A DNA stretch of 64,000 nt from Candidatus Bathyarchaeota archaeon (GTDB lineage: Archaea; Thermoproteota; Bathyarchaeia; Bathyarchaeales; Bathycorpusculaceae). The stretch covers positions 4,217-68,216 of the forward strand of contig CAVZIW010000015.1 of NCBI GenBank assembly GCA_963775465.1, written 5' to 3'. Position numbers and translations under genes: made by a program. Under the pieces are notes generated by a model that was not told where the DNA came from, made no database searches, and was given only the letters and a program-made list of their open reading frames with translations. This document shows, one piece after another, positions 49,999-58,674 of the stretch; position 1 is the stretch's first letter; each line of letters opens with the position of its first letter.

Positions 49999-52590
49999 AT
50001 GAAAGAATTAAAAATTGTGTTATCAAGAGCTATTGCTTTACTTCTAATATTCGCAATTGCACTACCAATTTTCGCAATGCAAACCACAAGTGCACAAAAC
50101 TCCAATGTCAAAACCTATCCTTTCATAAACGCCACACCCAATCCAGTACAAGTAGGAACCGAAACCCTACTACACCTCGGTATAACACGTCCACTACTCT
50201 TTGCAACCCAAGGCTGGACAGGACTAACTGTTACTGTAACAAAACCTAACAACACGACCCAAACTCTAGGTCCATTCACAACAGACTCAACAGGAGGAAC
50301 AGGCACAGTTCTAGTCCCTGACGAAGTAGGAATCTACTATCTGCAGACAAATTTCCCAGCTCAATGGTTTAACTACACAGGATCCGATGGTCGTGGAGGT
50401 CAAGTTTCTGTTTCAGTATATGCAGAAGCCGGAACAAGTGAAAAAATACCTCTAATAGTTCAGGAAGAACCACTACAATATTGGCCAGGCGTTCCGCTTC
50501 CAACTGAATATTGGTCAAGACCAATAGACTCACAAGCCAGAGAATGGAATACCATCAGCGGAAGCTGGCTAGATACAAACCGTAGAAACCCATCCTACAT
50601 GCCTTACAACAACGGCCCCGAAACTGCACACGTCCTATGGACTAGACAAGAAACAACCGGTGGGCTCGTCGGAGGAGCACTCGATAACGCTTTGACTCTG
50701 AGTGATAACTCATACGAAATGGGCGACGCATACGAAGGAAAGTTTTCAAGTCGTCTAATTATCGACGGAAAACTAATTTACAACGTCTACGCGGGTCCAT
50801 CCATCGGTGCTGTAGATAATCGAAGAGAATACGCCTGCATTGATATACACACAGGAGAACTGTTATGGTCCAGAGTTTTGTTAAACAACTTAACATTAAG
50901 CCGCGGACAAACGATGTACTGGGATACTTATGACTTCCACGGAGTCTACGACTACATTTGGGCAACCGCCGGGTCTACATGGTACGCCTTTGATCCATTC
51001 AACGGCGATTTAGTATACACCCTAACCAATGTACCCTCAGGAACAGTCACTTACGGACCAAAAGGCGAAATTCTAATATACACAATCAACTTGCGCCAAG
51101 GCTGGATGACATTATGGAACTCAACAAACATACCCGAACTATACGCCAACACAGAAGCAGGTTCAATGGGATTTGCCCAGTGGAGACCTTACCAGAAAAC
51201 CATCGACGCACAAGAACCAATCAGTACACCATTCAACCCAATAGGATTAACAGGCTATATGTGGAACAAAACAATACCAACAGCTTCTGTTGGGAGCGTA
51301 AACTACATCTACCCAACGGACCGAGCCATCTGCACTGATTTAGTTACACCCTTCCCAGGACCAGTATCAAATTCCGTCACAGAAATTACATCATGGGCAA
51401 TTGACCTATCCATTGGACATGAAGGAGCACAACTATTCAAAGAAACTTGGACCGCACCAGCTTCATGGGTTGAAGGTAACCAAACTGTAGTATTTGAGGC
51501 GATCAGCCCACAGAGCACAAATGGAGTCTTCGTCTTAGGAGCACGAGACGACCGACAACATTACGGATTTAGCACTGAAACAGGAAAATACCTCTGGGTA
51601 ACTGAACCAGAAATCTACCTAAACTGGTACGGAGCAGGCGGCATCGGTGGAGAACGACCACCTCAGATCGCTTACGATACATTGATGACAACAGGAATCG
51701 GAGGAATAATCTACGCATATGATACTACGACAGGGCAGAGAATCTGGACTTACAACGCAACAGACGATTACCAAGAAACATTGTTTGCAAACAACTGGTG
51801 GATGTATCCAGTGTTCATCACCGACGGAAAAATCTACTACGGCAGCCTTGAGCACTCCCCAGTCAATCCAATTCCTCGAGGCGCACCATTTTTAGCGCTA
51901 GACGTGAAAACCGGCCAAGAAGTGTTCCGAGTAAACGGTATGTTCCGACAAACCCTCTGGGGCGGTCTCGCAATAATCGGCGATAGCATCATAACGACAC
52001 AAGACACATACGACTGCCGTATATACGCAATAGGCAAAGGTCCAAGCGCCACAACACTCTCAGCACCCAGCAGCGGCGTTAAATTAGGCGATAACATAGT
52101 ATTGTCCGGAACCGTAAACGACATATCACCCGGCACAAATGATGCAACTTTGACAATGCGTTTTCCCAATGGAGTTCCAGCAGTATCTGACGCAAGCATG
52201 AGCGACTGGATGCTCTATGTTTACAAACAGTTTGCACGCCCAATGAACGCTTTAGGCGTTGATGTCACGCTAAGCGTTATCGACTCAAACGGGAACTTCA
52301 GAGAAATCGGTTCAGCAACAACCACTGATGGCTTTTTCGCATTGAACTGGAAGCCAGACATAGAAGGACAATACACTGTCTACGCCAACTTCAACGGCAC
52401 AGAATCCTACTATCCCTCATATGCTCTTGCCTCATTCACAGTAGATCCAGCCCCAACATCGCAACAAAGTACTCAAACACCAGGTAACAACGACACCGTC
52501 ATGGCAATTACCTACGCTGCAATCGCAATAATAATTGTCATAATCCTTGTTGGAGTAGTATTAGTACTCTTACTCAGAAGACGCCCATAA
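49999..52590 (+). CDS. PQQ-like beta-propeller surface protein, paralogue 5
   Basis: Same architecture; TM ending LLRRRP; ATG 49999 after AAGGA. Confidence 0.85.
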   Translation: MKELKIVLSRAIALLLIFAIALPIFAMQTTSAQNSNVKTYPFINATPNPVQVGTETLLHLGITRPLLFATQGWTGLTVTVTKPNNTTQTLGPFTTDSTGGTGTVLVPDEVGIYYLQTNFPAQWFNYTGSDGRGGQVSVSVYAEAGTSEKIPLIVQEEPLQYWPGVPLPTEYWSRPIDSQAREWNTISGSWLDTNRRNPSYMPYNNGPETAHVLWTRQETTGGLVGGALDNALTLSDNSYEMGDAYEGKFSSRLIIDGKLIYNVYAGPSIGAVDNRREYACIDIHTGELLWSRVLLNNLTLSRGQTMYWDTYDFHGVYDYIWATAGSTWYAFDPFNGDLVYTLTNVPSGTVTYGPKGEILIYTINLRQGWMTLWNSTNIPELYANTEAGSMGFAQWRPYQKTIDAQEPISTPFNPIGLTGYMWNKTIPTASVGSVNYIYPTDRAICTDLVTPFPGPVSNSVTEITSWAIDLSIGHEGAQLFKETWTAPASWVEGNQTVVFEAISPQSTNGVFVLGARDDRQHYGFSTETGKYLWVTEPEIYLNWYGAGGIGGERPPQIAYDTLMTTGIGGIIYAYDTTTGQRIWTYNATDDYQETLFANNWWMYPVFITDGKIYYGSLEHSPVNPIPRGAPFLALDVKTGQEVFRVNGMFRQTLWGGLAIIGDSIITTQDTYDCRIYAIGKGPSATTLSAPSSGVKLGDNIVLSGTVNDISPGTNDATLTMRFPNGVPAVSDASMSDWMLYVYKQFARPMNALGVDVTLSVIDSNGNFREIGSATTTDGFFALNWKPDIEGQYTVYANFNGTESYYPSYALASFTVDPAPTSQQSTQTPGNNDTVMAITYAAIAIIIVIILVGVVLVLLLRRRP
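52132..52212. repeat. 81-bp perfect repeat shared with 40697-40777
   Basis: GGCACAAATGATGCAACTTTG...GAGCGACTGGATG. Confidence 0.85.
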
Positions 52591-52785
52591 AAACAAAAAC
52601 CATCCCTCTCTTTTTTTGTTAAACCTCAATATCTCATCAAAAAATAGTTCAGTCTGCTTTTATCATACTTGACTCCAACATTCTTGTATTTTATTCTAAA
52701 AACTGAAGACAAAAGTCTAAGCTTTTTATTTTTAGCAATTTAACTATTCTTAAATAACCGACAAATCAATTTTAACTAGATCAAT

Positions 52786-53585
52786 TTGATGAAGCGGCAC
52801 TCTTCTGTTGCAACTGCAATTATTGTTACCGTTTTAATTTCAATATTACTTAGCATGACCACAGACTCAATAGCATGTTCAACTGCGATCAATATAGATT
52901 GGGAACTCACCATAACAGGCCTAGTTGATAACCCTTTAAATTTAAAAATAGCTGATTTAATGAATATGCCGCAGACCAGCCTTTTCGCACAAATATACTG
53001 TGTTGGTCCCCCAGGGTTTTTTGTCGAGGAAGGCAATTGGACAGGAGTTAGACTTAGCTACCTTCTGGCCCAAGCTGGGGTTGACCCTTCTGCAATCAAG
53101 ATTGCTTTCTATGCTACTGATGGATTCTCCACAGACCTCACTCCAGAATTGGCGATGGATAGTGGCATTGTAGTGGCCTACGAAAAAAACGGCTTGCCTC
53201 TCGATGAAACACTTCGTTTAGTAGTTCCGGATAGATGGGGATACAAATGGATTTATCATCTTACCAGAATCGAAGCTGTAAACTATAATTTCCTGGGTAG
53301 GTATGAGAGCCAAGGTTACTCAGACACTGCTCTTACGACAATGAGTGGTGGACCTGGAGATGTTGGAGACCAACTGCCAAACCCAACTGCTTTAACAACT
53401 AGGACTCCTTCTCCGACTCCGATCAGTTCCCTAGTTATTCTCCAACTCCAAGCAGTTCTCCTAGTAATTCTCCAAATCCATCCCCTGCAATTCCAGAGAT
53501 TTCATCCTTCACAATTTTGTTCTTACTACTTTTTTTGTTACTTTTTGTAGTCATTCTTAAGTATCGAAAACAACATTTCCTTTGA
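52786..53585 (+). pseudogene. Secreted molybdopterin-binding (sulfite oxidase/MsrP-like) domain protein with frameshifted PEF-CTERM-like anchor
   Basis: IYCVG, WTGVRL, LRLVVPDRWGYKW; a 1-nt deletion at ~53429 removes SPAIPEISSF-TM-KYRK (stop 53585). As sequenced, the ORF ends at 53550. Confidence 0.75.
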
Positions 53586-53746
53586 TTGTAAAGTTTTTAT
53601 TTGTTGCAAAATTCTACGCGTCTGTTTTCCTTCTTACGTATCGTGGAATTAATTCTGCGGTCCATAGAAAAAAAGCATTCAACACAAGAAAAAGGTATAT
53701 GTTTATTGTTCACGAAAACCCGAAAACTTGTTTTCATGAGTATTAT

Positions 53747-53998
53747 TTATAGAGCGCGTTTTTGCAGGTTAGTGTCTGAAAGGGCAATAGTCCTCATAAC
53801 GCCTCTAAATCTCGCAGAACAACTCCTACATCGTTTCTGATTTGCAGGAATTTCCCGCCACTTTGGAGTCTTTGCTCGCGCTGACAGTTTCTTTCCACAA
53901 TCACAACAGTAATATTTTGCGGGTTTTTCCCTAATCCCAATAACTTGCAAGTTGAAAAATAAATGAGGAGAAATCAGTACTAAAGAAAATAAATACAT
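53747..53998 (-). CDS. Small zinc-finger-like hypothetical protein
   Basis: CCDC...CRSC with a basic spacer. Confidence 0.45.
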   Translation of the reverse strand: MYLFSLVLISPHLFFNLQVIGIREKPAKYYCCDCGKKLSARAKTPKWREIPANQKRCRSCSARFRGVMRTIALSDTNLQKRAL

Positions 53999-54135
53999 GT
54001 TGCATCAGTATAACTTGAAATACGGATACTAAGGGATAAGACAACTTCATTAAAATCATATGGTCTAAGAGAGCTTCCTTTGAACTTGAATTATGTTGCT
54101 ATTTTATTTTTTTATTTTAATATTGGACCAAGGGA

Positions 54136-54645
54136 TTATTCTGTTTGATGTGCCCCGTGCCATCGTTCTTCTAGGTATAGGATCAAAGTAAATAGGCCTC
54201 TGCTGAAAATTACCAAAATAAGTAAAATAAATTCTTCATAACTTCTAACTGCTACTGTTCGAATTATCTCTGCGCCGATAAAAAAGTTCAATCCTAACGT
54301 CAAATATCCAGATAGATTTCGTGTTGAGAAAGTTGCTTCGTTGGGGTCTTTTGATTTGATTTGTATGAATCTGACTGTAACTAGTATGGCGCCAAAAGCG
54401 ATGACTCCTCCTCCGAAAATGTAGAGTGCATCAGTTGCCACAGTTAGAATTACGTATATAGCATCGTAGATTGCCCCGCCGGAAACATAGTTTGCTCCAG
54501 AAAGCAAGATAATGATATCGGGGTAAACTAAACTTAAAACTGCACTTATCGCAGCGCCAACAACTATTATTATCAGTATTGCTGCGGCCACAGAATTGGT
54601 GGTCTTCTTTTCTTGAACTTTGCCGTTGTCAGTCATCGCAGGCAA
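54136..54645 (-). CDS. DUF1622 family membrane protein
   Basis: YLTLGLNFFIGAEIIRTV, resembling the LGLEF..AADI..T signature. Confidence 0.75.
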   Translation of the reverse strand: MPAMTDNGKVQEKKTTNSVAAAILIIIVVGAAISAVLSLVYPDIIILLSGANYVSGGAIYDAIYVILTVATDALYIFGGGVIAFGAILVTVRFIQIKSKDPNEATFSTRNLSGYLTLGLNFFIGAEIIRTVAVRSYEEFILLILVIFSRGLFTLILYLEERWHGAHQTE

Positions 54646-54723
54646 CTGCCCTACTGAATTAATTTAACTAATACTGTTAATAAGCATAATTATCAAGGAG
54701 AATTCAACATAATTCTAATTTTC

Positions 54724-56187
54724 TTATTGGTTGAGTTGTTTTTGTAATTGTTTCAGCTTTCTTATCTTTGTAGTTTTTTGTATTCGTCTTACTATTAGCC
54801 AACTGGCTACAATGATTGATGCTGTCGCCACTATTGCAATTATGATGAGTGTGTTGTTTGATGCTGAAGAGTCAGCAATGAGCATGAGGGTGAGTGCTAA
54901 TTGGCTGCTTTTGATGTTTAGGGTTTGATTTATGGGTAAGAATCCTGTTTTTTCGATTTTGAAGGTGTATGATCCCGATTTTAGGCCTTGGAATGATAAG
55001 TAACCTTCGCTGTCGCTGACGTTGGCAATTGTGGTCATTCCCGAGGGTAAAGCAATTGAGGTTGCCAGGGCATCTTTGATTGGGTTTCCATTTACATCTT
55101 TGATCTGTAGAGTCAACTTTGCGTTGTCGATGACTGGGGTAGCTGTTGAGCTGAGGTTAACCTGTATTTTTCCTTGTGTGCTTAGGTATTGGTCTTTTGA
55201 AACGCTTGCGATGATGGTGCAACTCGTAATCTTAGTTGACGCTGGGGCAGTAAAGTTTGCTTTGTATGTGCCATCACCTACCTCTTTAACTGAGGTGAAG
55301 GTTCCGCCGTTGTCAGAGGCAAATTTGACGTTTGCGCCGACTATTGGGTTTCCATCAGCGGTTACATAAGTTGTTAGTATGGTTCTGTTTCCGTAAGGTA
55401 TGGTTTGGGGATCTGCGGTTACTTGGGCTTTTAGGGCAACAAAATCAATCAAGCTTGTTGTAATTTTTGCTTGCCCAACTGTGTAGTTTGATGCTTGGGC
55501 TGTAATCAATGAGAATCCAGGGTTGCTTGTGGTTGATAGTTTTTCGGTGACTTGGACTTTTCCAGCGGGAATCCATAAAGAATAGGCAACGGTTGCGACG
55601 GCTGGGTCTGAAGAAAACAAATTCACGTATAGATCTTTGTTAAGTGTGGCTGGGTGTCCCTGTGCATCCTGAAGTTGCAACTGAAACACTGAATACTGTT
55701 GATTATCTGCAGGTAAGAATGCTGGGGTGCAGTAAACCATTAGCTTAGTGGGTAAGGTTCCGGTTGTTGAGGTTGTTATGGTTGCTTGTACTGTTGCAAA
55801 ATCTGTTGCTGTAGCAGATATGGTTGTGGATCCTGTGGTGGTGGTTGGGTAGAATTTAGCTGTTCCGTAGGTGTCGCCGGGCTGGATTTGTATGTATGAG
55901 TCGACGTCTCCGATGTTTGTTTGTGATGATGATAGGCTTATAGTCGTGTAGGCTGTGGCTCTGGCGGGTTTTCCTGTGGAATCCAGTAACTGTACAGCTA
56001 TGCAGTCGTAGGCGCCTCCGTCTGCGGGAATTTTGTTGGGGCCTATATGGAGTTTAATGCTTACAGGATCGGTCGTGGCAGCAGAGGATGTTTGATTGAA
56101 AAATAGGCACATTGATGAGAGAATAATTAGGAGCATTGCTATTTTTAATATTTTGAGAGACATTCTAGTTGGCTCTTGTTGCTGCAA
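54724..56187 (-). CDS. Surface protein with tandem invasin/Ig-like domains and C-terminal TM anchor
   Basis: Signal peptide; repeated PxxxPADG..Y...AVQL.D..G.P; GTY.A.FTAP; TM plus basic tail. Confidence 0.7.
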   Translation of the reverse strand: MQQQEPTRMSLKILKIAMLLIILSSMCLFFNQTSSAATTDPVSIKLHIGPNKIPADGGAYDCIAVQLLDSTGKPARATAYTTISLSSSQTNIGDVDSYIQIQPGDTYGTAKFYPTTTTGSTTISATATDFATVQATITTSTTGTLPTKLMVYCTPAFLPADNQQYSVFQLQLQDAQGHPATLNKDLYVNLFSSDPAVATVAYSLWIPAGKVQVTEKLSTTSNPGFSLITAQASNYTVGQAKITTSLIDFVALKAQVTADPQTIPYGNRTILTTYVTADGNPIVGANVKFASDNGGTFTSVKEVGDGTYKANFTAPASTKITSCTIIASVSKDQYLSTQGKIQVNLSSTATPVIDNAKLTLQIKDVNGNPIKDALATSIALPSGMTTIANVSDSEGYLSFQGLKSGSYTFKIEKTGFLPINQTLNIKSSQLALTLMLIADSSASNNTLIIIAIVATASIIVASWLIVRRIQKTTKIRKLKQLQKQLNQ

Positions 56188-56527
56188 ACTATCGGCAACT
56201 GTTTTTAATTTAATGGTTATGTAATTCTTTTATAAGGTTTCTGAAGCTAAGATTCATCAAATTGCAGGATAAATTTATTCGATTAATAGAATCCGCCTGC
56301 GAATGAATAGATAGCATCTGCAAAGTAATGTCTACTGGGTTTGAAAAAATTGATATTTATGTGATTCTATTGAAGGTGATTACCTATTATTTGATAGATT
56401 TTGAGGTATTTTTTATGTTTTATTTTCGATATATTACGAATAGGAAACGTGTTTTATAAACAAGTTTTAGCACGAAAGGGTAATGAAAACGCTAGGCTCG
56501 AGAGGGCTGGGAGGTGTCAAGAAAAAA

Positions 56528-56978
56528 ATGAATAAATTTAAACGATTCATGAAAAACACAAAAGCAATATCACCAATATTCGCCACCCTAATACTTAATC
56601 GCCATAGCAGTAATCGCAGGAGTAGTAGTATACGCATTCACAAGCGGAATGTTATCAGGAATGACTGGGCAAAGTACAGTTGGCCAAGAAAAAGTGTCGA
56701 TTCAAGGAGTTGACACAACAAACTCGGTAGTCTTTGCTCAAAATACAGGCTCTAACGATGTTGCAGTTAATGGATGGCTAGTCAAGAATAGTGCAGGTCA
56801 GACTGTCAGTGCAAGCGAAGATGATTTTGCAGCAGTGACTTTACCAGCTGGGGGCGCTTTAACAGAAGTAGGTTTCACTCCACCAGCAGCTACAGGTTCT
56901 TACACAGTTACTTTAGTGACAACAGCAGGCGGTAATTTCGTTTCTCCATCCTTCACAGTCACAACAGCAGGTGAGTAA
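56528..56978 (+). pseudogene. Archaeal type IV pilin (probable major pilin) with +1 frameshift in the H-domain
   Basis: MNKFKRFMKNTKA/ISPIFATLIL, then an extra base at ~56596; the other frame continues IAIAVIAGVVVYAFTSG...AQNTGS..V...GGNFVS. Confidence 0.8.
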
Positions 56979-57080
56979 TCCATCGACGGGCTATAACTCA
57001 ATAATAAAAATTTTCCCCTTTTATTGAAATAAAATTTAATCAAAAAATCAAAATATTAGCCAAGAATCAGGGCGAAAAAA

Positions 57081-57647
57081 ATGAAGAAACAAACTTCCAA
57101 GAATAAATTGATCAGCTACAATAAAAGAGCCCTGAGTCCAATTTTTGCAACTTTGATTCTTGTTACGATCGTTATTGTTTTTGGTGCGACGGCTTATTAT
57201 TATACGAGTAATCTAACTACAACCGCTACCAACAGCTATGTTGGTTCTATTACTGATAGCCAGCAAACTATCTCTGAGCGAGTTGGGTTTGAAAGTGTAT
57301 ATTTCATATCGAGTGATGATTCAAATCCTCCGGGTGTAAGTCCCACATTAACTGTTTACATAATTAATTGTGGAAGCGCAAGCAATCTGAAGGTTAATGC
57401 TATTTTGCTTAAAATTTATGACAGCAGTGACAATCTTTTGAGTACTCAACCCTATAACATTGAACCTGGCATTAAATCGGGCGCGCAAGTTCAGTCAGGA
57501 ATGAAAAACCTAAACCAAAATGCGCTTGGTGTTGGTGAAGAGGGTTATTTTGTTGTTAAGTTGCCTTCAGGCACTTCTTTGACGACTGGTTTGTACACTA
57601 TTCAATTAATAACAAAGAGTGGGAGTAGCTTTGAATACACCCCGTAG
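57081..57647 (+). CDS. Archaeal type IV pilin (minor)
   Basis: NKRA/LSPIFATLILVTIVIVFG class III signal peptide. Confidence 0.85.
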   Translation: MKKQTSKNKLISYNKRALSPIFATLILVTIVIVFGATAYYYTSNLTTTATNSYVGSITDSQQTISERVGFESVYFISSDDSNPPGVSPTLTVYIINCGSASNLKVNAILLKIYDSSDNLLSTQPYNIEPGIKSGAQVQSGMKNLNQNALGVGEEGYFVVKLPSGTSLTTGLYTIQLITKSGSSFEYTP

Positions 57648-58662
57648 ATTTAGAAGAAATAACAAAGCGGTCAGTACCGTTTTTGGAATGGTGTTTTTCC
57701 TTCTTATAGTTGTCATTGTGTTCGCGAGTTTCATGACGGTTCTTAATTATAGTGTAAACTTGGAGGGCACCATGATTCAGATGCGGGAATTGGATAACGA
57801 GAAAGCAAAGGAAGCTTTGTTTCTTAAAACCCCTCAGCAATATAACGGTGTATCTGTGTCTTATACCGTTAACAACACGGGAACTATCTCGGCTAGGGTG
57901 GTTCGTTTATGGGTAGCCGATATCTCAAAAGGAACCTCTGGCTCTTATGCTGTTCCGCTCTCTGAACAAACGCTAAAGCCTAATGAAGAAAAGACAATTT
58001 CCGGTCCAATTACTGTTGATGGTGCAGATATTGCGAATGATTTGTTTAGGTATTATTTCGTAACCGAGAGAGGTAACCAATTTACTATATTGCTTCAGGG
58101 CGGGAAAGGTGAAGATGGCGCAAACGGAATAGATGGTCGTGATGGAGCAGATGGAGATGCTCTAACAGCACAAGTCGCAAACGGCATTGGATTTATCGCG
58201 ATGGATTTCAATTCTTTCAGAACCTACCAAGCATCAAAATATCCCTTAGACACTGCATTTGTTTCTCAATCATATCAAGTTAGCCAAAGCAAGTATTCCG
58301 CTTTCAGCTTGGATGTTAGAAATGTTGATCCGGACGAGCGAACTATTACGCTTAATTATCAGTCAGCTTTTTGGGCAATTAATCCTCCTTCAAGCAGCGG
58401 AGCCACTAAAGGATACGGCTGGAACATTGCAAAGTTGTCTGGAAACACGATAAATCTCTTTGCTCCAGGAGACACGTTGGAGCTTCCGTATAACCAGACC
58501 GTTAAGCTCTATTTTACTAACCCATCAAAGCCTGGCCAGAATACAATTAACACTGGAGCTGCCGCAGTAAATCTGCTTTTGACCGGAATCATACATAACA
58601 GTACCCATACTGGCGATTATGGGCAAAATCTACCCTTCATAGCAATAACGATTGTCGGCTAA
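57631..58662 (+). CDS. Large minor pilin with collagen-like linker
   Basis: RRNNKA/VSTVFGMVFFLLIVVIVF; 7 Gly-X-Y triplets at 58099-58161; start at TTG 57631. Confidence 0.75.
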   Translation: MNTPRRFRRNNKAVSTVFGMVFFLLIVVIVFASFMTVLNYSVNLEGTMIQMRELDNEKAKEALFLKTPQQYNGVSVSYTVNNTGTISARVVRLWVADISKGTSGSYAVPLSEQTLKPNEEKTISGPITVDGADIANDLFRYYFVTERGNQFTILLQGGKGEDGANGIDGRDGADGDALTAQVANGIGFIAMDFNSFRTYQASKYPLDTAFVSQSYQVSQSKYSAFSLDVRNVDPDERTITLNYQSAFWAINPPSSSGATKGYGWNIAKLSGNTINLFAPGDTLELPYNQTVKLYFTNPSKPGQNTINTGAAAVNLLLTGIIHNSTHTGDYGQNLPFIAITIVG

Positions 58663-58674
58663 AGTGAGATCTTT

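Noticed and set aside
40697-52212. Diversity-generating retroelement (TR/VR) explanation for the repeat between paralogues
   Set aside because: The copies are identical rather than differing at adenines, and no reverse transcriptase is in the window.
52706-52718. AGACAAAAGTCT resembling the paralogue-2 operator core
   Set aside because: Only a 4-bp arm with different spacing; too likely to be chance.
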